NCBI RefSeq assembly: GCF_001194135.2
Contig: NC_068981.1
Coordinates: forward strand, 11,171,374-11,206,468
Direction: 5' to 3'
Origin: Octopus bimaculoides
Lineage: Eukaryota
Length of the DNA stretch: 35,095 nt
Shown here piece after piece: positions 21,201 to 34,140 of this stretch. Every line of letters starts with the position of its first letter. The first letter of the stretch is position 1. The position numbers and the translations under genes are program-made. The notes under the pieces were generated by a model, which was given only the letters and a program-made list of their open reading frames with translations, did not search any database and was not told the origin of the DNA.

Positions 21201-21544
21201 ATTAGTTGATATGTAGAACATCCTAAAAACTAAACTATGTTACTGAAGCTAAACAGTATGTAAGAGGAAGCGTAGAAAAGAACTTTGAACTCATAAAGCT
21301 AAAAACTAATTTATCTGGAATCTATAACGCCGAAGCATTCCGAGATAAGTCAAAATCCCTTAAGTGAATCGCTTGTTTCTTTCTTATTCCAAAATGAAAT
21401 TGGAACCGAATCAACGTTCAGAGAATCCTTGATATGGCGGATTCGTTATAATCACCTTTACATACATATTTACATGTAAATATCTATATATATATGTGCT
21501 TATTTATATATAGACACACACACATATATATGCATATTTGTGTA

Positions 21545-21584
<40 letters not shown>

Positions 21585-22123
21585 NNNNNNNNNNNNNNNN
21601 NNNNNNNNNNNNNNNNNNNNNNNNNNNNNNNNNNNNNNNNNNNNNNNNNNNNNNNNNNNNNNNNNNNNNNNNNNNNNNNNNNNNNNNNNNNNNNNNNNNN
21701 NNNNNNNNNNNNNNNNNNNNNNNNNNNNNNNNNNNNNNNNNNNNNNNNNNNNNNNNNNNNNNNNNNNNNNNNNNNNNNNNNNNNNNNNNNNNNNNNNNNN
21801 NNNNNNNNNNNNNNNNNNNNNNNNNNNNNNNNNNNNNNNNNNNNNNNNNNNNNNNNNNNNNNNNNNNNNNNNNNNNNNNNNNNNNNNNNNNNNNNNNNNN
21901 NNNNNNNNNNNNNNNNNNNNNNNNNNNNNNNNNNNNNNNNNNNNNNNNNNNNNNNNNNNNNNNNNNNNNNNNNNNNNNNNNNNNNNNNNNNNNNNNNNNN
22001 NNNNNNNNNNNNNNNNNNNNNNNNNNNNNNNNNNNNNNNNNNNNNNNNNNNNNNNNNNNNNNNNNNNNNNNNNNNNNNNNNNNNNNNNNNNNNNNNNNNN
22101 NNNNNNNNNNNNNNNNNNNNNNN

Positions 22124-22154
<31 letters not shown>

Positions 22155-22351
22155 TATATAACGACATGAGTACGGATAGTGAAATCACCATACTTTCATT
22201 TATTAGAGTCTGATTGTTTGACATAGTTAACTAACGTCGTTTAAAACTGTGTGCTTCATTGATTTCGGCCTGGATCTTTAAACCCCTCCTTTTACTTCTC
22301 ATCGTATACTACACACACGCACACACACACAGACACACACACACACACACA

Positions 22352-22411
<60 letters not shown>

Positions 22412-23056
22412 CATATATTTACATTTATGCATATGTGCTTGTGTGTATACGTGCGTTTGTTAGTGTATGTGAATATGTACATATTGTTTTGAAACTGAAT
22501 CAGATTTTACACCACTGCCATCTTCAGGCGAGAATACCTGAAGATAGGAGTATATGGATCTCATAAATATTATGTACCTGAGGATGGTGTGGTTGACAGG
22601 ATATGAACATTTTGAACCATTTACTAGATGTTACAAACGTCTTATCGGATGAAATAACAGCATTTGCTTCCTTTTTGTATCACTCATGTATCAACGTTGT
22701 TGTTATCACTCAGTTAACATCAGCAAGCTGCTCAAATGCTGATACAATCCAGCATCACATAAAAATGTATTTAGTTTATGACTCGCTACTCGCTACTCGC
22801 TACTCGCTACTTCAACCGTTTCATTCAAAATCGTTAGTACTCGTTAGTTTGAAGCGTGATGCTAGTCGTCAGCCATTTTGAATTTTTTAGTGGCACTGGA
22901 AGTATGTATACATATGTATGTATACGTGTATACATGTATATATCGACATATACAAAAAAGACAGAATAGCTTCGTAGTTTCGGCTTACTCGTTTTCACCA
23001 GATATAAAAAAATATAGATCAAAATACATGTACACACGGACAAACATACACTACAC

Positions 23057-23114
<58 letters not shown>

Positions 23115-23201
23115 TCTCACACACACACGCATGTATGTATTTTACAGTGTATTTATGTGTGTATAATTGTGTGTGTGTGTGCGTGTGTGTGCTTGCGTGC
23201 G

Positions 23202-23397
23202 TGTAAGCTGTTCGCAATAAGAAAGTTAGGAACACAGAAAAAAATCGAGAAATCGTCTTAGTAGCTACAGAAGTGATAAGAGATTCTTAGAGATATATAA
23301 ATAAGTAGGAAATGATGGGATGGAAGAAGTGAAAAGTTTCTTAACGATATCTATCTAAAAACCGCTTGGCTTGCTTAAAGGAAACCTATATTTATAT
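23202..23397. repeat. Unclassified ~200-bp dispersed repeat, copy 2 (copy 1 at 13969-14167)
   Basis: Direct alignment with copy 1. Confidence 0.85.
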
Positions 23398-23482
23398 TGA
23401 TGTGCGTATGTACGACACACTGCATCATAGACAATGTTGTATAGTCATATACATACCTCATACATACACACATACGTGAGTA

Positions 23483-23521
<39 letters not shown>

Positions 23522-23636
23522 NNNNNNNNNNATATAGTTATGAGTATGTTGTACCAATAAGGACTTTATAGTATTTCATACATACGCACATGTGCGTGTG
23601 TTTGTATATGCGTGTGTAAGTCATATATATATATTA

Positions 23637-23860
23637 CTATCGGGCGGCTTTTAAGCTAGCTTCTGTGGAAGGCTCTTCATTGGGCCTTGGGCTCAACAAT
23701 GACATTTCATGCATTGAGTACTTATAAAATTTTATTAAACTTGAACAATATCTTTCGAGAAATGAACAATTTTCATCAAAACAATGATATAATCTGTCGA
23801 CTTGGAACTTATTGCAAAGCTGCATGATAAGCAACATTTTTGTCTTCCCATTCGGGGGTC
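23637..23860. repeat. Unclassified dispersed repeat, copy 2 (paralogue at 6127-6370); carries minus-strand ORF 23637..23837
   Basis: Direct alignment with copy 1; the equivalent frame in copy 1 has an internal TAA. Confidence 0.8.
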
Positions 23861-25193
23861 AGTACAATGTTAAAATGATATGTAGCATCTATATTTTCTT
23901 CATAGGTGAATTAATTTGGAAATTATGTTAAATTTTTCGCAAAGTTTCAAATGGGATCTCTGAAAAAGAGCATATTTATCCTAGTCTATTCAATTGCAAT
24001 AACATTTTATTATTTTTTATAAAGCATAGTATCAAATGCGAATGTGTACGTAATATCAATGAATGATATACACGTGAAATGCAAAAAATAAAAAAAAAAC
24101 AAAGCAACAAATAAAAAAAACGTTTTCAAAACGGTCAGTATTTTTGTTGTTCAAAAATTGCGATTTATGACATAAAATGTCTTCTAGAATTAGCCAGAGC
24201 TAATAATAACAAACTTTAGCAACTAAATATTGCTAAAATTCTACAAAGGCAATGTGCATAAGCAATTCATTTTAAATACAACGAACAACCGGTAGTTGTT
24301 TTAACAGATCCCTAAATGGGGCTCTTGGAAGGCAATTGGTTAAACAAGCGTGTGTAATTGCACTAGCTTATAAAACACAAGTGTTTTTTTATAGATGTAT
24401 GAAAACGTATTGTGGAAGCTTATAACTGTTTATCTCTTTCAATTCACCAAATATCTGGATACGTTTCGAAATATTGCTGACTGGTTAAAAAGTAAATGAG
24501 CTCGATTAACGCAAAAAAATACTAAATATTTCTTTCTCTGTAATATATTTTGATTATGCAATATGTTATTTATCAATTGCTCAATTAATGATAATGTGTT
24601 TTTCTGTAATACTGTAACGAGATTTTCAATGGACACAACTTCGTCCTGTATTCATAAGATTTTTTAATTCATATGTTATCGTTACAAGCACTGATTGACA
24701 TTACTAACAGAAAAAAAAAACCTCGGAGAAATCACAATCGTTCAGGTTAGGGGTAAGAGATTTGTTTTAAGTTTCCAGTGGAATTGTTTAAGGACCTTAG
24801 CATTTGGAGAGGCGAATGCATAAGACAATGCTCAAAAGAAACTTAACCATAAGTGTTCAAGATTCAGAGGATAGAAAGACAACATCCAGCAAGATCGCCA
24901 AAGTAGAAAGTTGATTGACCTGTTAATCTTATAGAACTTCTGTCTGTATAATTTCAGTGCTTGAAGCCAGTAAATCATATTCGAGAGAGTGACACTTATC
25001 GCGCTGAAAGTCATTTCTCAATAGATTCCAAATTAAGCGAACTTCCGTAGCCAACAAAGTGACAGCGGATCATGCCGAGGCCCTAGTGATTTGCGCCAGT
25101 TGCAATTCCTGTGTTGATTCTCATGAAGTGCTATCGATGTGCAAGATATGAAATATTGGTCACCTTCGAAAAGAATGGTCGACTATATATTTA

Positions 25194-25228
<35 letters not shown>

Positions 25229-25435
25229 GTATTTTTGAATATATGTATATATGCTTGTATGTATATATANNNNNNNNNNNNNNNNNNNNNNNNNNNNNNN
25301 NNNNNNNNNNNNNNNNNNNNNNNNNNNNNNNNNNNNNNNNNNNNNNNNNNNNNNNNNNNNNNNNNNNNNNNNNNNNNNNNNNNNNNNNNNNNNNNNNNNN
25401 NNNNNNNNNNNNNNNNNNNNNNNNNNNNNNNNNNN

Positions 25436-25468
<33 letters not shown>

Positions 25469-26332
25469 GTGTGTGTGTGTGTGTATGCATATAGATACAT
25501 ATACATTTATATATAATATATGTATGTGCATTTATGCATAAATGTAGAGACAGATACACACTCACACGCACACACACGCGCGCCCACGCGTGAGAATGGT
25601 TTGAGAGAATAGAGAAAGGGAAAGTAAGGGAATGAAAGAGATGTGAGTTCTGTTGCGATTTGACAGTCGTAAAATTGATTAATAGACGTGGAACACAATA
25701 ACAAAGAGCGAAGTAATAACAACAACAACAATAATGATGACAATGAAGATGATGATAATAATTTATTTCAAATATTGTCGTTTCAATATAGTAAATACTA
25801 AGGAAGTGCTATGCAGGAGAAAATATATTTAATTAATTTTTAAGCTCTAAGACGCCAGAATCGTAGACGGAAAATATTTGAAACGAAAAGCAAATTATGA
25901 ACAGCACCAAAATTGTTATGAAATGTGCGGTGATTCAGTGATTGCCAGTGTTACGTGGGCTGTGTTATTCATATTATTCAATAACCCGCTGACAGTCGAC
26001 AAACCTACAGTAATTGTAATTCAGTAGATGCAGACATTTAATAAGTATCGCTTCGTGAATATTTAAGCCAATAATTTTCCTTCATTTTGTTTTTATCAAA
26101 GTTTTCTTTTTATAAAAGTATTTAACTATTATATTCGGCAATGATTGAAATATCTTGTAACAGATCATATTGCCCATATTAATTTCACTCCCGTGTATGT
26201 GTAACCCGTGGATATTGCTAGAATATAATACTAGGCAAGTCTTCACATTCAATAAGTTGTGCGATGTAAATTTAATACCGCCTCTCCGTATTTTCAATGA
26301 CACAATTTATTATTCTATTTCAACACTACCAG

Positions 26333-26379
26333 AATTTGTTAGTGTCCACAAGTACAAACTTTGAGAAGATTACGAAAAG
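26333..26379 (+). other. Weak candidate micro-exon (47 nt)
   Basis: ttctatttcaacactaccag| ... gaaaag|gtgagt; one open frame NLLVSTSTNFEKITK. Short enough to be chance. Confidence 0.15.
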
Positions 26380-27545
26380 GTGAGTTCTTTTTTGAAAACT
26401 TTCATCCATATCGTGGATTTAATCAACACTAATTGAAGGGTAATCGCAAGCAGTGTTGCTCTTTAGCTCAAACCAGCCCTAAAAGATTAGGGCTCTGATG
26501 AAATTGGTTCTAGTCGTGACGCTTCACTATTTTTCCGTTGTCCAATCTGTTTCTCCTGTCTTAAGACATTAATCTGTAGACTGAGTGAAAGTTAGTTGCT
26601 ATTTTTAGTCACTAGGAAGATCATGTGGAAGCCTCCTGTATGGTTGGAAGGGCTCCGTCTGTTCTGAGATTCGTGTCGTTAGCTATGATACTCCTTGACG
26701 CACCTGCTTAAACTAACAGAATGAGAAAACTGAAGGAGTCAACTTATAATAAACAACAGAAATTCATGCAAATAATATAAATATTTGCTCTCTATTGATT
26801 AGTAATTTGACTGTGGCCCAGCTGGAGTAGCGTTTTCATGTGGTTTAAAATGACATATCAATTATAACACTAATTTCAGTCATATTTTTATTGTCGATAT
26901 CCATCGAATAGTTAACTTACCTTTTGACACACAGTATATAAAGCAACATACAGGTTTACATCATTATATACAATCACACTCGTACACAGGCACAGATACA
27001 CGCACGCAAATATGTATTTACTCATATCTGTGTGCGCGCGCATGTATGTGTGTGTGTCTGTGTGTGTAAACACGGTGGACATCCGCGCAGTTTGTCTATT
27101 AAACACCATTTGTAGGGCATTAGTCAATTCAACTGCAGAAGACTGTAAATGAATTTCAACGCAGCTGAAACAAATCTAGAACCATTTGTTTGCCAAGAGA
27201 TCCTCTGTACTTCAAAATTATTATAAAATATTGTTTGCGAAAAAGATCAAAAAGCAAATTGATGGATTATTGAAATAAGGAAGCAGGATTCTTTGGAATT
27301 GAATTATTGCCTTGAATATTATGAACAAACATGGAACAAAAATTTCGTAGCTCATCTTGTAAAGTAGGGCATAAAATAACATGAAAAGCAAAAATAACAT
27401 CGTACCATGTATAATTGTATGCTCAATTATACATTGGCACACATTCTTACATAAGATAATTTTAATTCTGCAACAAAGCTTCTACAGTAAATATTGTAGG
27501 AATTATCATGCATGATAATGGTATAACTATTTTACTAGTAAGAGT

Positions 27546-27857
27546 TAGTTAGTTGGCACTCCGTCGCTTACGACGTCGAGGGTTCCAGTTGATCCGACCA
27601 ACAGAACAGCCTGCTCGTGAAATCAACGTGCAAGTGGCTAAGCACTCCACAGACACGTGTACCCTTAGCGTAGTTCTCGGGGATATTCAGCGTGACACAG
27701 TGTGACAAGGTTGACCCTTTGAAATACAGGCACAACAGAAACAGGAAGTAAGAGTGAGAGAAAGTTGTGGTGGAAGAGTACAGCAGGGTTCACCACCATC
27801 CCCTGCCGGAGCCTTGTGGAGCTTTAGGTGTTTTCGCTCAATAAACACTCACAAGGA
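27546..27857 (-). mobile_element. SINE family C body and 3' tail (head truncated)
   Basis: GC-rich block ggcactccgtcgcttacgacgtcgagggttccagttgatccg ... gctttaggtgttttcgctcaataaacactcacaa ending in a short (TTAG)n tail on the left; family identity from recall, single copy here. Confidence 0.55.
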
Positions 27858-27954
27858 TCTGAAACCAGTAAATTATGTTAACACATATATTGTGCTACAC
27901 CATTAAGATATAAAACATGGTGGGAACAAATTACTGGAAATCATTATTTATATA

Positions 27955-28136
27955 ATAGATTTCAAATTTTGGCACACGACCAGAAATTTCAGAGGAGGGG
28001 TAAGTCGATTTCATCGACCCCAGTGATAAGCTGGTATTTATTTTATCAATCCAAAAAGGGATGAAAGGCAGCGGAATTTAAACTCAAGGCGTTAAGACCG
28101 ATGAAATGCCACTAAGCATTTTGTCCAGCGTGTAAA
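27955..28136 (-). mobile_element. SINE family B-related copy
   Basis: taagtcgatttcatcgaccccagtg..ctggtatttatttta..gggatgaaaggca..ggaatttaaactca..gaaatgccactaagcattttg is collinear with 18175-18310. Confidence 0.7.
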
Positions 28137-29607
28137 CACCATTTATATGATTAATAAATATATGTTTGTTATAACTAAGTTCGATTCCTATGCACATGCT
28201 TGTTGGTTAGAAGAGCAATGATAATGGCAGGCGTAGAATATGTAAATTTTGAGTAGAATTTCGTGAGAAACTTATAATAATTCTTATCCAGACTTAAATA
28301 TTCGTATATTTCTCATCACCTATTTGAATTTTCTAACTTCGATTTCAAGACCAACTCACTCTCTTTCTCTCTGTCTTGTTCTCTCTCTCCCCACTCCATC
28401 TCCTGCTTCTTCTGTTTCTAAGATGCCTCGATAAAATTCACTAATTTATTTTTATCTCCTATGCTTACCACAAGGCTATACGTTTTTTTAGGCCATTGAA
28501 TAGGCCCTGTTATCCACTCGCTACGCCAGCAGACGACAGTTACTTCTGTTCACGACTAAAATGATAAGATGAATTACAAATTCAGCGACATACGAACTCA
28601 GTACGTAGACGAACATAACCCAATACGACTAAATAATATTGTCTGAAGTTCTACTAATTCTTTGAATCGACCTCTCTTACATCGTTAATTATAAGCGGAA
28701 GATAATGAATTATATTTCCGAATTAAAACAATCAACCAACTTATGCTTATACAGTAGCTGGGATATTTATAACGGCAATAATTTATATAAATGTGTCTAC
28801 TCATGAATATTCTCTTACATCATGTCATAAAGCTCTTTTTGTAAACTTTGAACATATAATCTATAGCATGAAGAATTTATATGTTCCTTGTAGTTATTCC
28901 ATAACTGCTGTAGAATGTCAGAAATATTTACACAGCAATGTAATCTCCAGAAAACTGATGCAAAGAACTTGATAACAAAAATGACAACAACACGCAGATT
29001 ATTTGGCTTTATTTCTTAATAGTTGTATGCATTCAGTTTTAATGTGGCCATTAATGATGTACATAAAATGACTGGCACAGATTGGAATCGACGTTTTCTC
29101 GAATATTCAGCACGTCCGAGAATTCACCGATGCTTCATGGCACCTAATAACAGTGTTAAGTGTGTGCTTAAAAATAGTCATTCTACTTACAAGAAATAAT
29201 AGACCGACCATCCCTTAAATTACACTCTAGAATAGAGAAATGCATTAGATAATGTAGTCTTATTAACCGCTACAAAAACCGTAGGCTACAGCTAGAATCG
29301 CTTTGATCATACGTCTGCTTGATTAGAGTTAACCTGGGTCAAAGCAATAACAAAAAGAACACTATTACAATGTACTAGTTTCCTTTAATGTAACCAAACA
29401 ACTAGTAATTAAGAGAAATAGTTTTAAAATAGTTATTAAGTCTGATTTCTTTGATAAGGACGAAATCAGGATAGAAACCATATGGCAGATTCTCTTCACC
29501 TACTGTCTGCTTTTTCTCTGAAACAATCACTGTAATATTTAACTAGAAAAAGTACGTGGATAGTTAAAAAGAAGATTAAAAATAGAAATTCTGAGTTATG
29601 TTTTCAG

Positions 29608-29772
29608 ACAATTCGGCCAGACACAGTGAAGTGACATGGGTGCAGTTATTACTGCGTGGTTAAGATGTCCGCTTTGCTGCCATACGTTTTTTGGGTTCCA
29701 TCCAACAGCGCAGCATTTGAGACAATTGGAATTATTGTTTTATTTTTTCCTTTACTGTATTTATTACATATG
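29608..29772 (+). CDS. Candidate exon with possible start (ATG 29665) encoding a hydrophobic/TM peptide
   Basis: Acceptor ttatgttttcag|, consensus donor catatg|gtaagt; 29665-29772 = MSALLPYVFWVPSNSAAFETIGIIVLFFPLLYLLHM. No homology recognised. Confidence 0.25.
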
Positions 29773-31228
29773 GTAAGTATGAGATGAGAGCAAGTGTCCA
29801 GAGGAACTGAATACATAGAAGTCACTGTAAATGTTGAATTGAAAGAGTTGAGACCTAAGATATGCATACACCCTCTATACAGGGCGGCAAATGATTGTGC
29901 ACTAAATACTACAGCTGGTGGAAGAGTTAATTGCTCATAGGATCAACTCAGTGAAACAAGACAAAACGTTATCGAACCTGACTAACCGGAAGTAATTGTA
30001 GTTGATATTCATGTGATATTTAAATGTTTGTATAAGGCAGTAATTACAGACATTGCATTTCAGAAAAAACGTCTGGAAAATAACTTGCAACTTAGGGGTG
30101 AACAATGCATCACGGACGTTTTAAGTCTCAGACAAGAATACATTTCTGGCTTGTATTCCAATCAAAACTGCCTTGTAGAATTCAGTTTGAACCTATGAAT
30201 ACGTTTATTGGTGTAGAATAACAGTGATGATTGCAGATGAAGAATATGGAAATTTTGAACAAAATTTCTTGCGAAACTTAAAATAAATTATCTAGACATA
30301 AATTATCAGCCATTTGAATTTTCTTTCTTCGATTTCAAGTACGCATCACCTTCCACACATCCGTCTCTCTCTCTCTTTCTATGTTCTAAACCACCTCAAT
30401 CAAATTCACAACATTATTTCCCTTCTAATCTCTAAATATATTTTTTCCTCAGATTTTCCTGCCCCTCGTTTTACTGTTTCTTCACTCGTCGCCCACCGAT
30501 TGTCTTCGTGTAGATATTCATACTGTTTTCAACTTAATATATCCATTACAACAAATGGAAGTTCTTATTCTTCCGTAGTCTTAGAAGATGTTCTTACTAT
30601 ACATCAACATATATTTTTACTGAGATGCAACCAGAATTATTTAGAATTAAAAAAAAAATGAAAAAAAAAAAAACACAATGACTTACTGGATTATTTTGTT
30701 TTTCAATCAGTAAGTATTTTTTTTAATATCATAAAAAATACTTTTCATATGTTTTCTGCTTCAGTTTTCAAAATGATATTTTTTATCAATATTTTCCTAG
30801 TTATATATGATAGTTCGCAGCTGTTATACACAATACTACACAGAAAAAAAAATATACCTAGAGACATGTATATACATATATATATATATATAATCACAAA
30901 ACCTACTCATATAAATAAACACACAGACACACACTAAAAGTATTGATATATTGCATATACTATACGCTCTTGTAAACATGAATTCAATAAGATCATATAC
31001 ACAAATGTATATTCATAAGATGAATATACGCGCAATCACATACACACTTATATTAAATACACACACACCCACGCACATATACACAATCTGCTCCTTACCA
31101 TACAGGAAGTTAACTGGATAATGATACTCTACGTGGAGATCTAAATCATACAATAATAGTTATACATCGAACTGCATACAAAACAATATATGCATATAAA
31201 TACACATGCGTGGCAAATAAACAAACAA

Positions 31229-31380
31229 GCGTGGCTGTGTGGTAAGAAGCTTGCTTCCCAACCATGGTTCCGGGTTTAGTTCCACTTCGTGGCATATCGG
31301 GCAAGTGGTTTCTACTATAAACTCGAGCCGACCAAAGCCGTATGAGTGGATTTGGTACACGGAAACTGAAAGAAGCCCGT

Positions 31381-31435
<55 letters not shown>

Positions 31436-31655
31436 GTGGTATCTTTGTGTGTGTCTCTGTTTTTCGTGTTTGCCCCCGCCACCGCTTGGCAATCGGTGTT
31501 GTTGTGTTTACGACCTCGTAACATAGCAGTTCGGCAAAGATTCCCATTGAATAAGTATTAGGATTGACAAAATACATCCAACCGCTACATTGTTCGACTA
31601 AAGACCTACAAGGTGGTATCCTAGCATGGCCAATCAAATAACTGAAACAAGTAAC
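31229..31655 (+). mobile_element. Full-length SINE family A copy with internal (TA)n
   Basis: gcgtggctgtgtggtaagaagcttgcttccc..ggttccgggtttagttcc..gggcaagtgg..gaaactgaaagaagcccgtcg (TA)n ..cgcttggcaatcgg..ttcggcaaag..ctagcatggcc..aactgaaacaagtaa. Confidence 0.85.
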
Positions 31656-32067
31656 GGTAAACAGATACAAGATCATACATACTTCTTCATTCACATACAT
31701 ATATATACATCAGCAACTCTACCAATCGGTTTCCTACGAGGAGTTGAGTTAAACCCGGCACAGGGATAAGAGTAAAAGCAATTGCATGATGCCGATTCTT
31801 TGTATAACATACACACTCCATTAGAAATATATGCTGATTTTTTTTGCCTGTGACAAGGATTTTTCGAGGACTATACATACACACAAATCTATGTAGGTGT
31901 GTATGTATGTATGTATGTTTGTCTCTATCTATCGATTGATCGATCCTTCTCCCTCCCTNNNNNNNNNNNNNNNNNNNNNNNNNNNNNNNNNNNNNNNNNN
32001 NNNNNNNNNNNNNNNNNNNNNNNNNNNNNNNNNNNNNNNNNNNNNNNNNNNNNNNNNNNNNNNNNNN

Positions 32068-32212
32068 ACCTACCTACCTACCTACCTACCTACCTACCTA
32101 CCTACCTACCTACCTACCTACCTACCTATCTACCTGCATACCTAACTACCTACCTAACTATCTATCGATCGATCTACCTACTTGCCCTCCTACTTAACTA
32201 CCTACTTACCTT

Positions 32213-32243
<31 letters not shown>

Positions 32244-32280
32244 GTAGATCTATCTATCTATCTATGTATCTATCTATCTC

Positions 32281-32351
<71 letters not shown>

Positions 32352-32362
32352 CTCTATCTATC

Positions 32363-32393
<31 letters not shown>

Positions 32394-32408
32394 CTCTATC
32401 TATCTATC
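32068..32408. repeat. Compound (CCTA)n/(CTAT)n microsatellite
   Basis: Directly visible. Confidence 0.95.
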
Positions 32409-32409
32409 G

Positions 32410-32606
32410 AAAATTTTGTCCAAGGTGTTAGCCAAGAGATTGGCGCTTGCCATCGAGAAACTGGTCGACAAGGCGCAAACGTGCGCCGTGCCGGGCCGGA
32501 GCATCCATGATAACCAACCTCCATCTGATGCGCTACATCATAGACAGAATAGTTAAGGAACCTGGCATAGGTGGGGCCCTGATCAATTTGGATCAATCCA
32601 AAGCTT

Positions 32607-32607
<1 letters not shown>
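32410..32607 (+). pseudogene. L1/Tx1-clade reverse-transcriptase fragment with a 4-nt duplication frameshift
   Basis: KILSKVLAKRLALAIEKLVDKAQTCAVPGRSIHDN + (AACC duplicated at 32512-32519) + LHLMRYIIDRIVKEPGIGGALINLDQSKAF, matching the non-LTR RT motifs KIL.K.LA.RL, Q...V.GRSI.DN and LDQ.KAF(DRV). Confidence 0.85.
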
Positions 32608-32644
<37 letters not shown>

Positions 32645-32649
<5 letters not shown>

Positions 32650-32815
32650 GACGCGCTTATTTCACTTTCCGTGTACCAGATCCACTCACATCGTTTTGGT
32701 CAGCCAAGGTAGGTAATAAGAGACAACACTTGACCAACGTACCACTCAGTGCAACTCAACCCGGAAAGATGTGGTTGGGAATCGACCTTCTTACCACACA
32801 GCCACGCCGGCGCCT
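32645..32815 (-). mobile_element. Degenerate SINE family A head
   Basis: tttccgtgtaccagatccactcaca..ttttggtcagcc..acacttgaccaacgtaccac..cttaccacacagccacgccggcgcc. Confidence 0.7.
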
Positions 32816-33409
32816 ATACGTGTGTGGTCGCTCTGTGCGATCGCACACACGCCCATAGACACACGCCCATAGATACACGACCACACGCACACACACGCCC
32901 ACACACATAAAATTGTTAGGAAATATCGATAAATATTAGATGTACGAATGCATATATAATATCAAATAATATACGATTCTATAAAGATACACTAGTTTTA
33001 CAAACTTGCTTGTTTGCTTATTTTTGTACAAATTTGCGTGAAATAAGATTTGGCAAATAAGAAATTCGCATGATCATACATACATTCAAAATCGATTTTT
33101 AAAACATTTACTGTGTTATATATTATTTTTATACGCTCGTCTCCCTTTGGCATTTTCATGCATGTCTGTAGATATATAGCAAATCTCTATGTATGCGTGT
33201 GTATGTGTTTATACACACACGCACACACATATATGCGTGAGGTGTATCTTTGTATCTTAAACTCAAACAAATATATACATACCTCTACTGCATAGGTGCA
33301 TAAAGATGTGTGTGTGTGTGTGCATATACATACAGTCAAGCATACATACATACATATGTGTGCATATACATACAGGCAAACATGCAAACGTATATATATA
33401 TATATATAT

Positions 33410-33495
<86 letters not shown>

Positions 33496-33530
33496 CTGTT
33501 TAAGTTTATAATTATAAATAGGTAATTAAA

Positions 33531-34112
33531 TTTGATTTGTGTACTTATCACAAGTGTATTTTTGGCGATTTAATAACGAGTTTTGACTGTTATTTCAAGC
33601 AGGTAGACATACTTAGTATGTCCTTTGATTAATTCTAATCCCTCGGCTATTTAAATGCTATGTTTTGGCCTAAAGTCGCCTGTATCATTGATTCTGTTAT
33701 TATCATTCTTAAAATAGTTATATCGGATAATAATAGAATTAACGATACCTTTATAAATTAATTTTAATAAATTATTTTTCTCGTAAATCTGTAATGAGAT
33801 TACTTTACACTGGTAAGCTGCTGTCATTTCCGCGCGAAACGAATCAGTAGCCAGAGACTTCAGAAGGATAGGCTGAGAATCTCTTATTTTGGTAATGCGT
33901 GCTGAAGAAGCTAAGGCTTATTGTGCCAATGCAGAAAATAGTCCACGTGAATCCAAATACTTAAATGTATATAAGTAGATTGTCTTAACCAAATTTGCCT
34001 TCGTTTGATTTCTGTAGTTATCACCAGAGTACTTTTGGCGATTTAATAACGAGTTTTGACTGTTATTTCAAGCAGGTAGACATAATTAATATGACCTTTG
34101 ATTAATTTTAAT
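33531..34112. repeat. Pair of ~109-bp direct repeats (33531-33639, 34004-34112), period 473 bp
   Basis: Shared core ttttggcgatttaataacgagttttgactgttatttcaagcaggtagacata is identical; flanks have a few substitutions. Confidence 0.85.
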
Positions 34113-34140
34113 TGTCTTATATATATATATATATATATAT

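Noticed and set aside
22515-22600. CTGAAGA/CTGAGGA cores and an 11-bp hairpin, as possible hammerheads
   Set aside because: No GAAA after a stem II and no pairing stem I for any of the three cores.
26465-26590. 8-bp hairpin followed by CTGATGA and a downstream CTGA (HHR or C/D snoRNA)
   Set aside because: No GAAA core for an HHR; the C box lacks the purine, there is no terminal stem, and no guide target can be identified.
26620-26925. Minus-strand donor (aaaag|gtaagt at 26920) plus a possible terminal exon ASRSIIANDTNLRTDGALPTIQEAST*
   Set aside because: The upstream frame hits a stop with no acceptor, so no coherent gene model can be built.
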